Below are positions 40,385 to 49,088 of a DNA stretch of 64,000 bases, piece after piece (position 1 is the first letter of the stretch; each line of letters starts with the position of its first letter). Source of the DNA: Candidatus Hydrogenedentota bacterium (GTDB lineage Bacteria; Hydrogenedentota; Hydrogenedentia; Hydrogenedentales; JAEUWI01); contig JAXMOL010000033.1 in the NCBI GenBank assembly GCA_034669905.1, forward strand, positions 1 to 64,000, written 5' to 3'. Both the position numbers and the translations under genes were made by a program. A model generated the notes under the pieces. That model saw only the letters and a list, made by a program, of their open reading frames with translations. It was not told the DNA's origin and did no database searches.

Positions 40385-40560
40385 GTCGGGGCTGTCCCCC
40401 TCTTAAAGACGACCGCGGCCTTCGACGCTACGCATAGTAGCCCTTCGCGTGTCCTGCACCCATAAGCTCCCCCGCTTCGCTCCTCCGCGTAAGGGTGGCA
40501 CCCTTAGAGTCATCTGCTTTGAGAGGAGGCAGCGCTCTTCAAGAGGGGGACAGCCTCGAC
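40385..40560. repeat. 25 bp inverted repeats enclosing a 48 bp REP-like unit
   Basis: 40385-40409 vs 40536-40560 (2 mismatches); 40456-40503 is the exact reverse complement of 62537-62584. Confidence 0.85.
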
Positions 40561-40652
40561 GGGCATCGCTTCCGGCCCAGTCCGACACTTCCTCGTTCGC
40601 CAAGTCGCAACTCCTTCGAACACATCGTGCACGCGGTCGAGGCAGTCCCCAT

Positions 40653-40686
40653 AGAAAACGCCCGGTGACCAAGGGCACCGGGCGTT
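40653..40686 (-). terminator. Intrinsic terminator of ahcY
   Basis: Stem CGCCCGGTG/CACCGGGCG followed by TTTTCT on the minus strand. Confidence 0.75.
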
Positions 40687-40720
40687 CCATTCAATCAAGC
40701 TATCTAAACTAAGCGATGGC

Positions 40721-42181
40721 CTAGTAGCGGTAGTGGTCGGGCTTGTAGGGGCCTTCTTTGGGGATGCTCATGTACTTGGACTGGGCGTCGGTAAGGACGT
40801 CGAGACGGGCACCGAGTTTCTCCAGGTGGAGGCGGGCCACTTCTTCGTCGAGCAACTTGGGCAGGGTATAGACCTTGCCGACTTCGTATTTTTCGGGCTC
40901 GGTGAAGAGGGCAATCTGCGCCAGGGTCTGGTTGGCGAAGGAGTTGGACATGACGAAGGAGGGGTGGCCGGTGGCACAACCCAGGTTTACCAGACGGCCT
41001 TTGGCAAGGACGATGATGGACTTTCCGTCAGGGAAGGTAAACTTGTCGACCTGGGGTTTGATTTCCAGTTCGACCACGCCGGGCATGTTCTCCAGTGCGG
41101 CAATCTGAATCTCGGAGTCAAAGTGGCCGATGTTGCAGACAATCGAGTTGTCCTTCATGGCCTTCATGTGCTCGAGGGTGATGACGTCGGCGCAGCCCGT
41201 GGTGGTGACGAAGATGTCGCCCTGGGTGGCGGCTTCGGCCATGGGAAGGACTTCGTAGCCTTCCATGCAGGCCTGGAGGGCACAGATGGGGTCGATTTCC
41301 GTGACCATCACGCGGGCTCCGAGGCCCTTCATGGCGTCGGCACAGCCCTTACCCACGTCACCGTAACCGGCGACGACGACGACCTTACCGGCGATCATCA
41401 CGTCGGTGGCGCGCTTGATGCCATCGGCGAGGGATTCGCGGCAGCCATAGAGGTTGTCGAACTTGGACTTGGTGACCGAGTCGTTCACGTTCATGGCGCG
41501 GGTGCGGAGTTCGCCTTTTTCCATCATCTGGTAAAGACGGTGCACACCGGTGGTGGTTTCTTCCGAAACGCCAATCCAGTTATCGATGGTCTTGTGCCAG
41601 CGGTTGGGATCTTCCGCGTGGACCTTGTGGAGGAGCGTGTCGACCACTTCGATTTCTTCGTTGTCCGTGCAGATTTCGGGGAGCGTGCCGTGGGCATTGT
41701 AGTGCTTTTCGAAATCGTAGCCACGGTGGATGAGGAGCGTGGCGTCACCACCGTCGTCCACGATCATGTTCAGCGTGCGGCCGCCGGAGAAGAGCATGGC
41801 CTGGTAGGTGCACCACCAGTATTCTTCCAGGGATTCGCCCTTCCAGGCGAAGACGGGCACGCCGGTCTTGGCGATGGCGGCGGCGGCGTGGTCCTGCGTC
41901 GAGAAGATGTTGCAGCTGGCCCAGCGCACTTCGGCACCGAGGGCGACGAGGGTTTCAATCAACACGGCCGTCTGGATGGTCATGTGGAGGGAGCCCATTA
42001 TGACGGCACCCTTGAGGGGCTTGTCGGCGGCGTACCGATCGCGGATGGCGACGAGGCCGGGCATTTCGATTTCTGCGATGTCGAGTTCTTTGCGGCCCCA
42101 GTCGGCCAGGCTCATGTCCGCAACCTTGTAAGGCAGGGCGGGGTCGATAGCCGGAATTCGGTCTGTGGTGGCAACAGCCAT
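40721..42181 (-). CDS. ahcY: Adenosylhomocysteinase
   Basis: [73 protein letters not shown]. Confidence 0.98.
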   Translation of the reverse strand: MAVATTDRIPAIDPALPYKVADMSLADWGRKELDIAEIEMPGLVAIRDRYAADKPLKGAVIMGSLHMTIQTAVLIETLVALGAEVRWASCNIFSTQDHAAAAIAKTGVPVFAWKGESLEEYWWCTYQAMLFSGGRTLNMIVDDGGDATLLIHRGYDFEKHYNAHGTLPEICTDNEEIEVVDTLLHKVHAEDPNRWHKTIDNWIGVSEETTTGVHRLYQMMEKGELRTRAMNVNDSVTKSKFDNLYGCRESLADGIKRATDVMIAGKVVVVAGYGDVGKGCADAMKGLGARVMVTEIDPICALQACMEGYEVLPMAEAATQGDIFVTTTGCADVITLEHMKAMKDNSIVCNIGHFDSEIQIAALENMPGVVELEIKPQVDKFTFPDGKSIIVLAKGRLVNLGCATGHPSFVMSNSFANQTLAQIALFTEPEKYEVGKVYTLPKLLDEEVARLHLEKLGARLDVLTDAQSKYMSIPKEGPYKPDHYRY

Positions 42182-42300
42182 GGTGTATTCTCCTTGTTTT
42201 CTCAATGGGTTTTACGTGAAAAATCGGTATGTAACCGGAGGCCGAGGGCCTCTGAGTGCAGCGCGAGGCCACAGCGGGTTAGCGGGGGTTAAGAGCGCAG

Positions 42301-42330
42301 AGTATAGTAGCTGCCTTCAATTTCTATCAA
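42301..42330 (-). promoter_or_regulatory. Putative sigma70 promoter of ahcY
   Basis: TTGATA-N18-TATACT on the minus strand. Confidence 0.5.
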
Positions 42331-42454
42331 GTTTCGTAATTCTGTTTTTCAGGGGGCTTCCCAGCGCTGCGGTTCCTTTCCCCTCCGGGGGGCGCTGGCT
42401 GGCGGGGTGGGCCCGTCGCAACAGGCGGAAGTTCAAACTGTCTGAATCGTCGCA

Positions 42455-44071
42455 CTAACGGGCCAGTCCGCCCGGCATGGTTACCCGGCCCCCGTAACGA
42501 TGGAGCAGTCGGGCCGCACTTTCTTTTCCGAAGAAGAGGGCCTCTTCCATGGGGGTTTTCTGGAACATACGGTCACTGCGGTTTACATCGGCGCCGTGTA
42601 GGAGGAGCTGTTGCACCAAATCATCCCGCCCCCGTACCGAAGCCGCGTGCAAGGGCGTAAAGCCAAAGGAGCCTGCGTTGCGGTCGATGGCGCGAGGCTG
42701 CCGTTCCAGCAACTCAAACAGGGCGGTCTCATTGTTTAAGGCGATGGCGCTGATGGGGTCCAGGGTCGCGCCGCGCTCCAGGAGGTAGTGACACAGGGTG
42801 GTGTGGCCCCGCTCCGCCGCAATCTGAAGGGGGGTAGCGCCAATGCGCAATTTCCGCGAGAGCGCGCCCTCATCGGCATGGAGCAATGAGTCGGCCAGGC
42901 CCACGTGTCCAAGCGCTGCCGCGGTGAAGATATCAAGTCGCAGGCCGGCGTGGCGCACCCGCTCGATCAGGCCCTCGTTGCCATTGCAGGCCGCGAGGTG
43001 GAGCAGGTTTTTGCCATTGTTCATCACCCGACGGGGGTCGCCGCCCCGGGAAAGTAAGCGACTGAGCAAGGCATCGTGACCGAAGTCCACCGCCAGGTGC
43101 ACGCTGGTGCAGCCCCAGTGATCGACGGTATTCGGATTCGCGCCATGGTCAAGCAGTGCGGTTACCAGGGCCTCATGCCCCCCACAGACGGCCCAATGAA
43201 GGGCGGTGCGGTGCCAGGGGCCCGTCGTATCGACTGGAGTCGCGGGCAGGGCGCGGAGCACGGCGGCGCGATGCCCGAGGGCCGCTGCCGCAAAGAAATC
43301 CGGCTGGGCACCGGCGCTCAAGAGGCTTGTGGTGATTTCATCCCGCTGGCTGTAGTGGGCCGCGTGGGCCGCAAAGAGCAGCAGCGACAACCCTTCACTG
43401 TTCCGCGCCTGCAGCAGGTCGGGTTGCTCGATCAATAAGGTCTGTACCCGGGCACGGTGTCCATGCCAGGCCGCCATGAAAATCTGGGTTTCGGCCGAAA
43501 ACGCCGTGGCTTCTGCCGGGGATGGGTCCACCGTCACCCGCGCGGGTTCCACCAGGCGGGCCAGTTTCTGGCGGGCATTGTAGAGGCGCTTTTTTACCGT
43601 GGTCAGGGGGAGTCCCAGTTTTTCGGCGATAGCTTTCTGGGGGGTGTTCTCCCAATAGACCGCATGCAGGAGCGCGCGCTGTGTATCGGTAAGCTCCTTA
43701 AGGCCTTGCTGCAAAATAGCTTGCGGGACCTGGTCCTTCAGCAGGCCCTCGGGGAGGCGCGGCTCATCCGCCACATCGGCACCATGGATGAGTTCCACCG
43801 TGGGGAGCGTCTTCTTCCGGGTGACCCGGTCGCATTGTTTTACCAGAATCCGTTTGAACCACGACGAGAAGGCGTGGGGCGATTGGAGCTGATGAATCTT
43901 CAGCGCCGCCTCCAGAAATGCCTCCTGAACCACCTCTTCCGCCCGATGGTGGTCGCCCAGCCATGCGAATGCCCGCTCATGGGCCGTGCCACCGAAACGG
44001 GACACGAGGGCATTGAAGGCCTCCGTATCGCCGTTCTGGGCATCTAAAACGATGGATTTGAGCGGTTTCAT
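42455..44071 (-). CDS. ECF sigma factor with C-terminal ankyrin repeats
   Basis: Region 2 AEEVVQEAF..FSSWFKRI; region 4 IAEKLGLPLTTVKKRLYNAR; ankyrin motifs TALHWA, TPLQIAA, TPLHAAS. Confidence 0.9.
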   Translation of the reverse strand: MKPLKSIVLDAQNGDTEAFNALVSRFGGTAHERAFAWLGDHHRAEEVVQEAFLEAALKIHQLQSPHAFSSWFKRILVKQCDRVTRKKTLPTVELIHGADVADEPRLPEGLLKDQVPQAILQQGLKELTDTQRALLHAVYWENTPQKAIAEKLGLPLTTVKKRLYNARQKLARLVEPARVTVDPSPAEATAFSAETQIFMAAWHGHRARVQTLLIEQPDLLQARNSEGLSLLLFAAHAAHYSQRDEITTSLLSAGAQPDFFAAAALGHRAAVLRALPATPVDTTGPWHRTALHWAVCGGHEALVTALLDHGANPNTVDHWGCTSVHLAVDFGHDALLSRLLSRGGDPRRVMNNGKNLLHLAACNGNEGLIERVRHAGLRLDIFTAAALGHVGLADSLLHADEGALSRKLRIGATPLQIAAERGHTTLCHYLLERGATLDPISAIALNNETALFELLERQPRAIDRNAGSFGFTPLHAASVRGRDDLVQQLLLHGADVNRSDRMFQKTPMEEALFFGKESAARLLHRYGGRVTMPGGLAR

Positions 44072-44213
44072 AGGGTTCCTGGGGTGGTTTTTGGACGAGT
44101 TACGGGTAGCTTTGGCGAAAAATGGGTCGCTGCGGACTCATTCCCCTCATTATACCGTGAAAGTCCCACTTTGTGCGCTGTGGGATACCTATGGGAGCAA
44201 AATGGGCCTATTC

Positions 44214-44295
44214 TTGTGGACTTTGTGGACGAGGTGGACTGGGTGGACTGGGTGGACGGTGCTGCTGGTCCACCTCGTCCACAGTGTCCACAAAG
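44214..44295. repeat. Inverted 9-mer microsatellite (nnnGTGGAC)n ... (GTCCACnnn)n
   Basis: Five GTGGAC units followed by three GTCCAC units. Confidence 0.8.
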
Positions 44296-44319
44296 TTTCA
44301 AGGCGTCGCTTTCGCGCTC

Positions 44320-44349
44320 TTGACGCATGACCTATATTCGGTCTATATT
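44320..44349 (+). promoter_or_regulatory. Putative TA promoter with palindromic operator
   Basis: TTGACG-N18-TATATT with GACC-tatattc-GGTC between the boxes. Confidence 0.55.
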
Positions 44350-44377
44350 AAGTTCGATACGACAGAAAGGATATTCC

Positions 44378-44653
44378 ATGCGACTTTCCACCCAAATCAA
44401 ACCCATCAGCTACCTCAAGGCCCACGCGGCGGAAATCGTCCGCGAGCTCGGCAAGGACGGCGAGCCCCTCGTGATTACCCAGAATGGCGAGGCCAAGGCC
44501 ATCATGCAGAGTCTGGCGGAATACGAGCGCACCCAGGAGACGTTGGCGCTGTTAAAAATCCTGGCCTTGGGGCGTAAGGATGTGGAAGAAGGTAAACTTG
44601 TTCCCGCAGACGAATTCTTTACCGAATTCCGTGCGAAACGAAACATAGATTGA
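44378..44653 (+). CDS. Phd/YefM family antitoxin
   Basis: IKPISYLKAHAAEIV..PLVITQNGEAKA. Confidence 0.93.
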   Translation: MRLSTQIKPISYLKAHAAEIVRELGKDGEPLVITQNGEAKAIMQSLAEYERTQETLALLKILALGRKDVEEGKLVPADEFFTEFRAKRNID

Positions 44654-44979
44654 TGGCGTACGAAGTCTTCCTGACGGAAAAGGCGCAACGAGATCTAATT
44701 GAGATCTACGACTACATCGCGGACAACGACTCTCCGGAAGCGGCCGACTACGTTTACGAAAGCATCGAGGAGGTCATTCAAAGTCTTCGTGAGCTTCCTC
44801 ACCGAGGCGTGTGTCCCAAAGAATTCCTCGAACGCGGGGTGACGGACTTCCGCGAACTTTTTTTCAAGCCCTACCGCATTATTTACGAAGTAGAGGGCAG
44901 CGCGGTCTATGTGTACTTGGTGGCAGATGGTCGACGAAATATGTCGGCCCTTCTTCAACGGCGACTACTGGCCGAATAA
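44653..44979 (+). CDS. RelE/ParE family toxin
   Basis: AQRDLIEIYDYIA, FRELFFKPYRIIY, DGRRNM; overlaps the antitoxin stop. Confidence 0.92.
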   Translation: MAYEVFLTEKAQRDLIEIYDYIADNDSPEAADYVYESIEEVIQSLRELPHRGVCPKEFLERGVTDFRELFFKPYRIIYEVEGSAVYVYLVADGRRNMSALLQRRLLAE

Positions 44980-44988
44980 AGATTCGGG

Positions 44989-46380
44989 CTACCGCCGCAC
45001 CTCGAACAGGATATCGCCCTTCTCCTCCTGTTCCGCTCGCTTCCGAAACGCCACGCCGCCGTCATCGGCCAGGTTTTCGCCGACGCTGTAGAGCAGGTAG
45101 CCCCTTTTCTTCATCACGTAGCGAATCGGCTCACCATCGAAGGGGTCGGCCATATTGAGGGCGGGATTGGATGCGACCAGGGCGGCGAGGCTAGCGGGCA
45201 ACGCGCCATGTTGCACCCGATGGCGCTCCAGGGCCAGGGCGGTGCGGGTGAGGTTTAATTTCGCGCGAATTTTGATGACACCAGGAACATTTTCGAATGG
45301 CCCCATTTCGTAGTCCTCAGAGAACCGATTGCCCGACGCCGATGCTGAGGCTTCACGCTCCCTGATAATTGAGGCGGCTTCGCTCCACGGTTTCTCGCAA
45401 CAATGATAAGCCGCCAGTGCGTTTTCCAATACCCGCAATTTGAAGCGCTCATAGTCCCGGCCCGCGAGCCATTTAATCGCTCCGTCGGAAAGGGGGGATT
45501 GGGCGGCATACGTCCAATAGGGATCCAGCAAGAGAAACCATCGCGGTTCGAGGATGTCTCCCGGATCGGTATGTTGCACGAGGGACATACGAAACCAGGC
45601 AATCGGGTCGAGCGGTTCGAGCAGGGCGGCCATGCCCTCCAGCTCCCGCTCCGAAAAGGGCCGATGGTTCAGCGCCCGTTCGATGACTTCGCAGGTGACG
45701 TGTGCCGTGGCGCTTCGGTAGGAGGCCACATAGTCCTCATAGAGTTTGTACGCCGATGCCTGCCCACCCAGAAGCCGCCATAGCGCCTCGTCATCACCGG
45801 TTGCGAGGGCCAGGTCGAAGGCTACCCGGACGGTATCGCGCATACGTTGTATTTCAACGGCGAACTCGTACCAATCTTCTCTATCTTCCATTGGCGTCGG
45901 TGCCAGGGAGGTGGTGTCCATATAGGGCTGCTCCACGCCCAGGAGGAAGGCGTCAATCGCCGGCTGGTTCATGTCCACAAAGGCCGTCATAGCCGCGATA
46001 CGCGCTTCGGAGTAGACCTCATAGGGCGCGGGCGCTTCGCCTTGGCCCACATAGGGAAGCAGATCGAAGTGGTCATTTGAGACGCCTCGCCACAATCTCA
46101 GGGCTTCTTTGATAGGGGGGGCGCCTTGGTTATTTTCCGCAAGCAACGGTTGTTGGGCCGCCCAACCGGCCCAGGTGGAAGGGTAGCCCGTCGCCTCATA
46201 TGTCTCGCGTACCTGGTCCTGCTCGGCTTGGATGGCGGCAATTGCGCGGGATTGCCACCACAGGCCTGCGCCGGTGATTGTCGCGGCAAGCAACAGGGGT
46301 GCGAGACACAGCAGCACAACGCCGAGAAGACGTTTCCGCGACCAGCCACGCTTTTCATGTTGTTTCATCGTAGGGGCCAT
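44989..46380 (-). CDS. Membrane-anchored hypothetical protein with pseudopilin (GspG)-like C-terminus
   Basis: N-terminal TM helix; ALALERHRVQHGALPASLAALV..DPFDGEPIRY..LYSVGENLADDGG. Confidence 0.7.
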   Translation of the reverse strand: MAPTMKQHEKRGWSRKRLLGVVLLCLAPLLLAATITGAGLWWQSRAIAAIQAEQDQVRETYEATGYPSTWAGWAAQQPLLAENNQGAPPIKEALRLWRGVSNDHFDLLPYVGQGEAPAPYEVYSEARIAAMTAFVDMNQPAIDAFLLGVEQPYMDTTSLAPTPMEDREDWYEFAVEIQRMRDTVRVAFDLALATGDDEALWRLLGGQASAYKLYEDYVASYRSATAHVTCEVIERALNHRPFSERELEGMAALLEPLDPIAWFRMSLVQHTDPGDILEPRWFLLLDPYWTYAAQSPLSDGAIKWLAGRDYERFKLRVLENALAAYHCCEKPWSEAASIIREREASASASGNRFSEDYEMGPFENVPGVIKIRAKLNLTRTALALERHRVQHGALPASLAALVASNPALNMADPFDGEPIRYVMKKRGYLLYSVGENLADDGGVAFRKRAEQEEKGDILFEVRR

Positions 46381-46468
46381 CCTTTTCGAATGAAGTGTCT
46401 ACTATTGGTCTGTTTCAAAGTTGTGGGAACTTATTTCGCCAGTCCCATTTCAGTTAGTCCCCTGCCAA

Positions 46469-46550
46469 TTCCCCTCCTGGGAGGTGCCAGGGGTGGGTTA
46501 GCGGCGCTTTTTGTGACTTGACCCACCCCCAAACCCTCCGAGGAGGGGAG
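46469..46550. repeat. REP-like imperfect inverted repeat
   Basis: TCCCCTCCT..GGGGTGGGT / ACCCACCCC..AGGAGGGGA. Confidence 0.7.
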
Positions 46551-46804
46551 TACTATCGGATATCGGTCGAGGATTTCGCACTAGATTTAATGACCCATCT
46601 GCGTGAATCACACCACTATACCTGACGGGGAAAGCTTCTATTTTGATTGACGCGGCCATGGTGCCTCGCAGGGACGATAGGGACAGGACAGACCGCGTTG
46701 ATTGGTGGGGCCGTGGCGCGGTATTCGCTGCCTTGGTTTATTTGTGCGCATAGCGTCGTGCTTACGTATAATCTCCGTTTCCCTGTAGCTTTCTGGAGTA
46801 CCTG

Positions 46805-48049
46805 ATGAACGAAATTGCCGAAGACGCAGTCATGCAAGAAATCGAGGCCTCCCAGCCGGTGTCCGCCACCGCTGCGACGACCACCATGAGTGTGTTGGTC
46901 GCCCTGAGTCTGTCTCACATGATGAACGACACGATTCAGGCGGTACTACCTGCCATATACCCCCTCCTCAAGGCGAACTACACCCTCTCCTTCACCGAAA
47001 TCGGCCTGATTAGTGTGGCCTTCATGATGTCTTCATCGGTGCTCCAGCCCCTGATAGGGCTCTACACCGACCGCAACCCCAAACCCTATTCACTCGCCAT
47101 GGGCATGGGGATTACCCTGTGTGGCCTGTTGCTCCTGTCGACCGCGGGGACTTATCCCATTGTGCTTGCCTCGGCCGCCATGATAGGTAGTGGGTCTGCG
47201 ATATTTCATCCTGAGGCCTCGCGCTTGGCCCATTTGGCCGCGGGGCGTCGCCATGGCTTCGCCCAAAGCCTTTTTCAGGTCGGTGGTAACTTCGGGAGTT
47301 CTCTCGGGCCCTTGCTCGCGGCGTGGATTATTGTGCCCCGTGGCCAGGGGGCCGTGGTGTGGTTTTCACTCATTGCCTGCGTGGCCATCTTCGTGTTGAC
47401 CATGGTGGGCCGTTGGTACGCCGGGCACCTGGACGCACGCCGTCGCAATGCCGGGGCCGTGGCGCCTGCGAAGCCCAAGTACCAGCTGTCACGCCGGGCG
47501 ACCATGGTTGCCCTGAGCATTCTCGTGGTGCTGATTATGTCGAAGTTTTTCTACATGATCAGCCTGACGAATTATTACACCTTTTATCTCATCGATAAGT
47601 TTGGTGTCTCCGTGCAGGCGTCCCAGATTTACCTTTTCGTGTTTCTCTTTGCCGTAGCGGCGGGCACGATCGCGGGCGGGCCCCTCGGTGATCACTTCGG
47701 GCGGAAGGCGATAATATGGGTGTCCATACTTGGCGTCGCGCCCTTCTCCCTGGCCTTGCCCCACATGGGCCTGACGGGCACGGTGGTGTTGAGCATGTTT
47801 GCCGGAGCCATTCTGGCGTCGGCCTTTTCGGCGATCCTGGTCTTTGCCCAGGAGTTGGTGCCGGGCCGGGTCGGACTGGTGGCCGGGCTCTTTTTCGGCT
47901 TCGCCTTTGGCATCAGCGGGATTGCTTCGGCCGCCCTGGGCAAGGTGGCGGATTGGACGAGTATCGGCTACGTCTTCCAGGTGTGCGCCTACCTGCCTTT
48001 GCTCGGTATCTTTGCGGCGTTCCTGCCGGGACGGAAGCACCGGGTGTGA
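46805..48049 (+). CDS. fsr: MFS transporter, Fsr (fosmidomycin resistance) family
   Basis: SHMMNDTIQ, IFHPEASR, AQSLFQVGGNFGS, GGPLGDHFGRK, GLFFGFAFG. Confidence 0.85.
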   Translation: MNEIAEDAVMQEIEASQPVSATAATTTMSVLVALSLSHMMNDTIQAVLPAIYPLLKANYTLSFTEIGLISVAFMMSSSVLQPLIGLYTDRNPKPYSLAMGMGITLCGLLLLSTAGTYPIVLASAAMIGSGSAIFHPEASRLAHLAAGRRHGFAQSLFQVGGNFGSSLGPLLAAWIIVPRGQGAVVWFSLIACVAIFVLTMVGRWYAGHLDARRRNAGAVAPAKPKYQLSRRATMVALSILVVLIMSKFFYMISLTNYYTFYLIDKFGVSVQASQIYLFVFLFAVAAGTIAGGPLGDHFGRKAIIWVSILGVAPFSLALPHMGLTGTVVLSMFAGAILASAFSAILVFAQELVPGRVGLVAGLFFGFAFGISGIASAALGKVADWTSIGYVFQVCAYLPLLGIFAAFLPGRKHRV

Positions 48050-48145
48050 CGAGAGCGCAGGCTGGAGCGGGCTGTGCCCTATCAGGCTGTGTCGCCCTTT
48101 CGTGCCGAAGACCTTTGAGAAGAATCTCCAGGTGCCCGAAGGCGC

Positions 48146-48315
48146 GCCAAAGTGGGTTGGCCTTCCAGGCTGACACAACGCACCCTCGACACGGCAGATA
48201 GCGCGAGGTCGTAAAACGTTGGCTACGACATTCCAGGGTGCTGCTCATGGCGCGCCGCTCCCTTGGGTGTTTTGAGCGAACGACATGACAGGCTGGAAGC
48301 CTATCCCACTTTGGC
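48146..48315. repeat. REP-like inverted pair
   Basis: GCCAAAGTGGGTTGGCCTTCCAGGCTGACA vs TGACAGGCTGGAAGCCTATCCCACTTTGGC. Confidence 0.75.
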
Positions 48316-48354
48316 TAACCGGTTATAGTCGGGGCATCCACACGGATCCCCGAA

Positions 48355-48945
48355 TTATTCCTTCAGCACCATGTCGATGCACATGACGGCAGCGAGGATG
48401 AGTTTCCGGATGGGGCTGCCTGCGGGTACGTCATCGCTGATTTTCAAGACGTAATTGTCGGCCGAGGTGAAGAGTTCTTTGCCGAGTCCTGCCCACTGTT
48501 TGCTGACATGGGCCAGCTCGGTCTCGCCGGCCAGGAAGCGGAAATCCCAGCCGGTCCATTTTCCCTTCAGCGCGCATACCTCATTGTCTTGGGGATCCAA
48601 TACCCGGAAGGCACCGCCGAGGCTGAAGAGCTTTTGTTTGAAGCCGCCGATGAGTTGGTTGTTTTCGTCGAAGACCTCTACTTTCGATAGAAAGATGCTG
48701 ATACCCCGGCGCACGGTAATGAGAGGCTGGCCGTCGGGCGTGCGGATTTCGACTTCGAAGGGCGTCATGCGTTTGTAGTCGGTGAAGCGAAGCATCTTGG
48801 TGAAGAGGCCCAGGTTGTCTTCCCGGCAATGGAGGATTTCTTCGCTGGTTTCCGGGTTCAGAATATCGAAATTATTGGCGGCTTTGAACATGCCGACATG
48901 TTCGCGGACAAAGAAAAGGTTACGATCCAATACAGTGCTACTCAT
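48355..48945 (-). CDS. Phospholipid scramblase / LURP-one-like protein
   Basis: KGKWTGWDF, KQWAGLGKELFTSADNY, LAAVMCIDMVLKE. Confidence 0.85.
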   Translation of the reverse strand: MSSTVLDRNLFFVREHVGMFKAANNFDILNPETSEEILHCREDNLGLFTKMLRFTDYKRMTPFEVEIRTPDGQPLITVRRGISIFLSKVEVFDENNQLIGGFKQKLFSLGGAFRVLDPQDNEVCALKGKWTGWDFRFLAGETELAHVSKQWAGLGKELFTSADNYVLKISDDVPAGSPIRKLILAAVMCIDMVLKE

Positions 48946-49088
48946 GGGTTTCTCCCGGAAAAAGAAAACGGGCCAAGCCCCCTGCGGGCCTGCGTCCTAT
49001 GGCGCACAACGCTAGCAGATTGATCGCGGAGGATCAACCAGCACCGACGTAGGTGAGCGCTCAAGCTTCGCGAAGGGGCCTTCTACCC

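Noticed and set aside
40733..42292. 519 aa plus-strand ORF
   Set aside because: Antisense shadow of the strongly codon-biased ahcY
42395..42430. SAH riboswitch-like GTTGCGACGGG..CCCGCCAG on the minus strand
   Set aside because: Flanking GAGGAGC, GCTCG and AACGGCGCTC elements are missing, and it lies upstream of the predicted promoter
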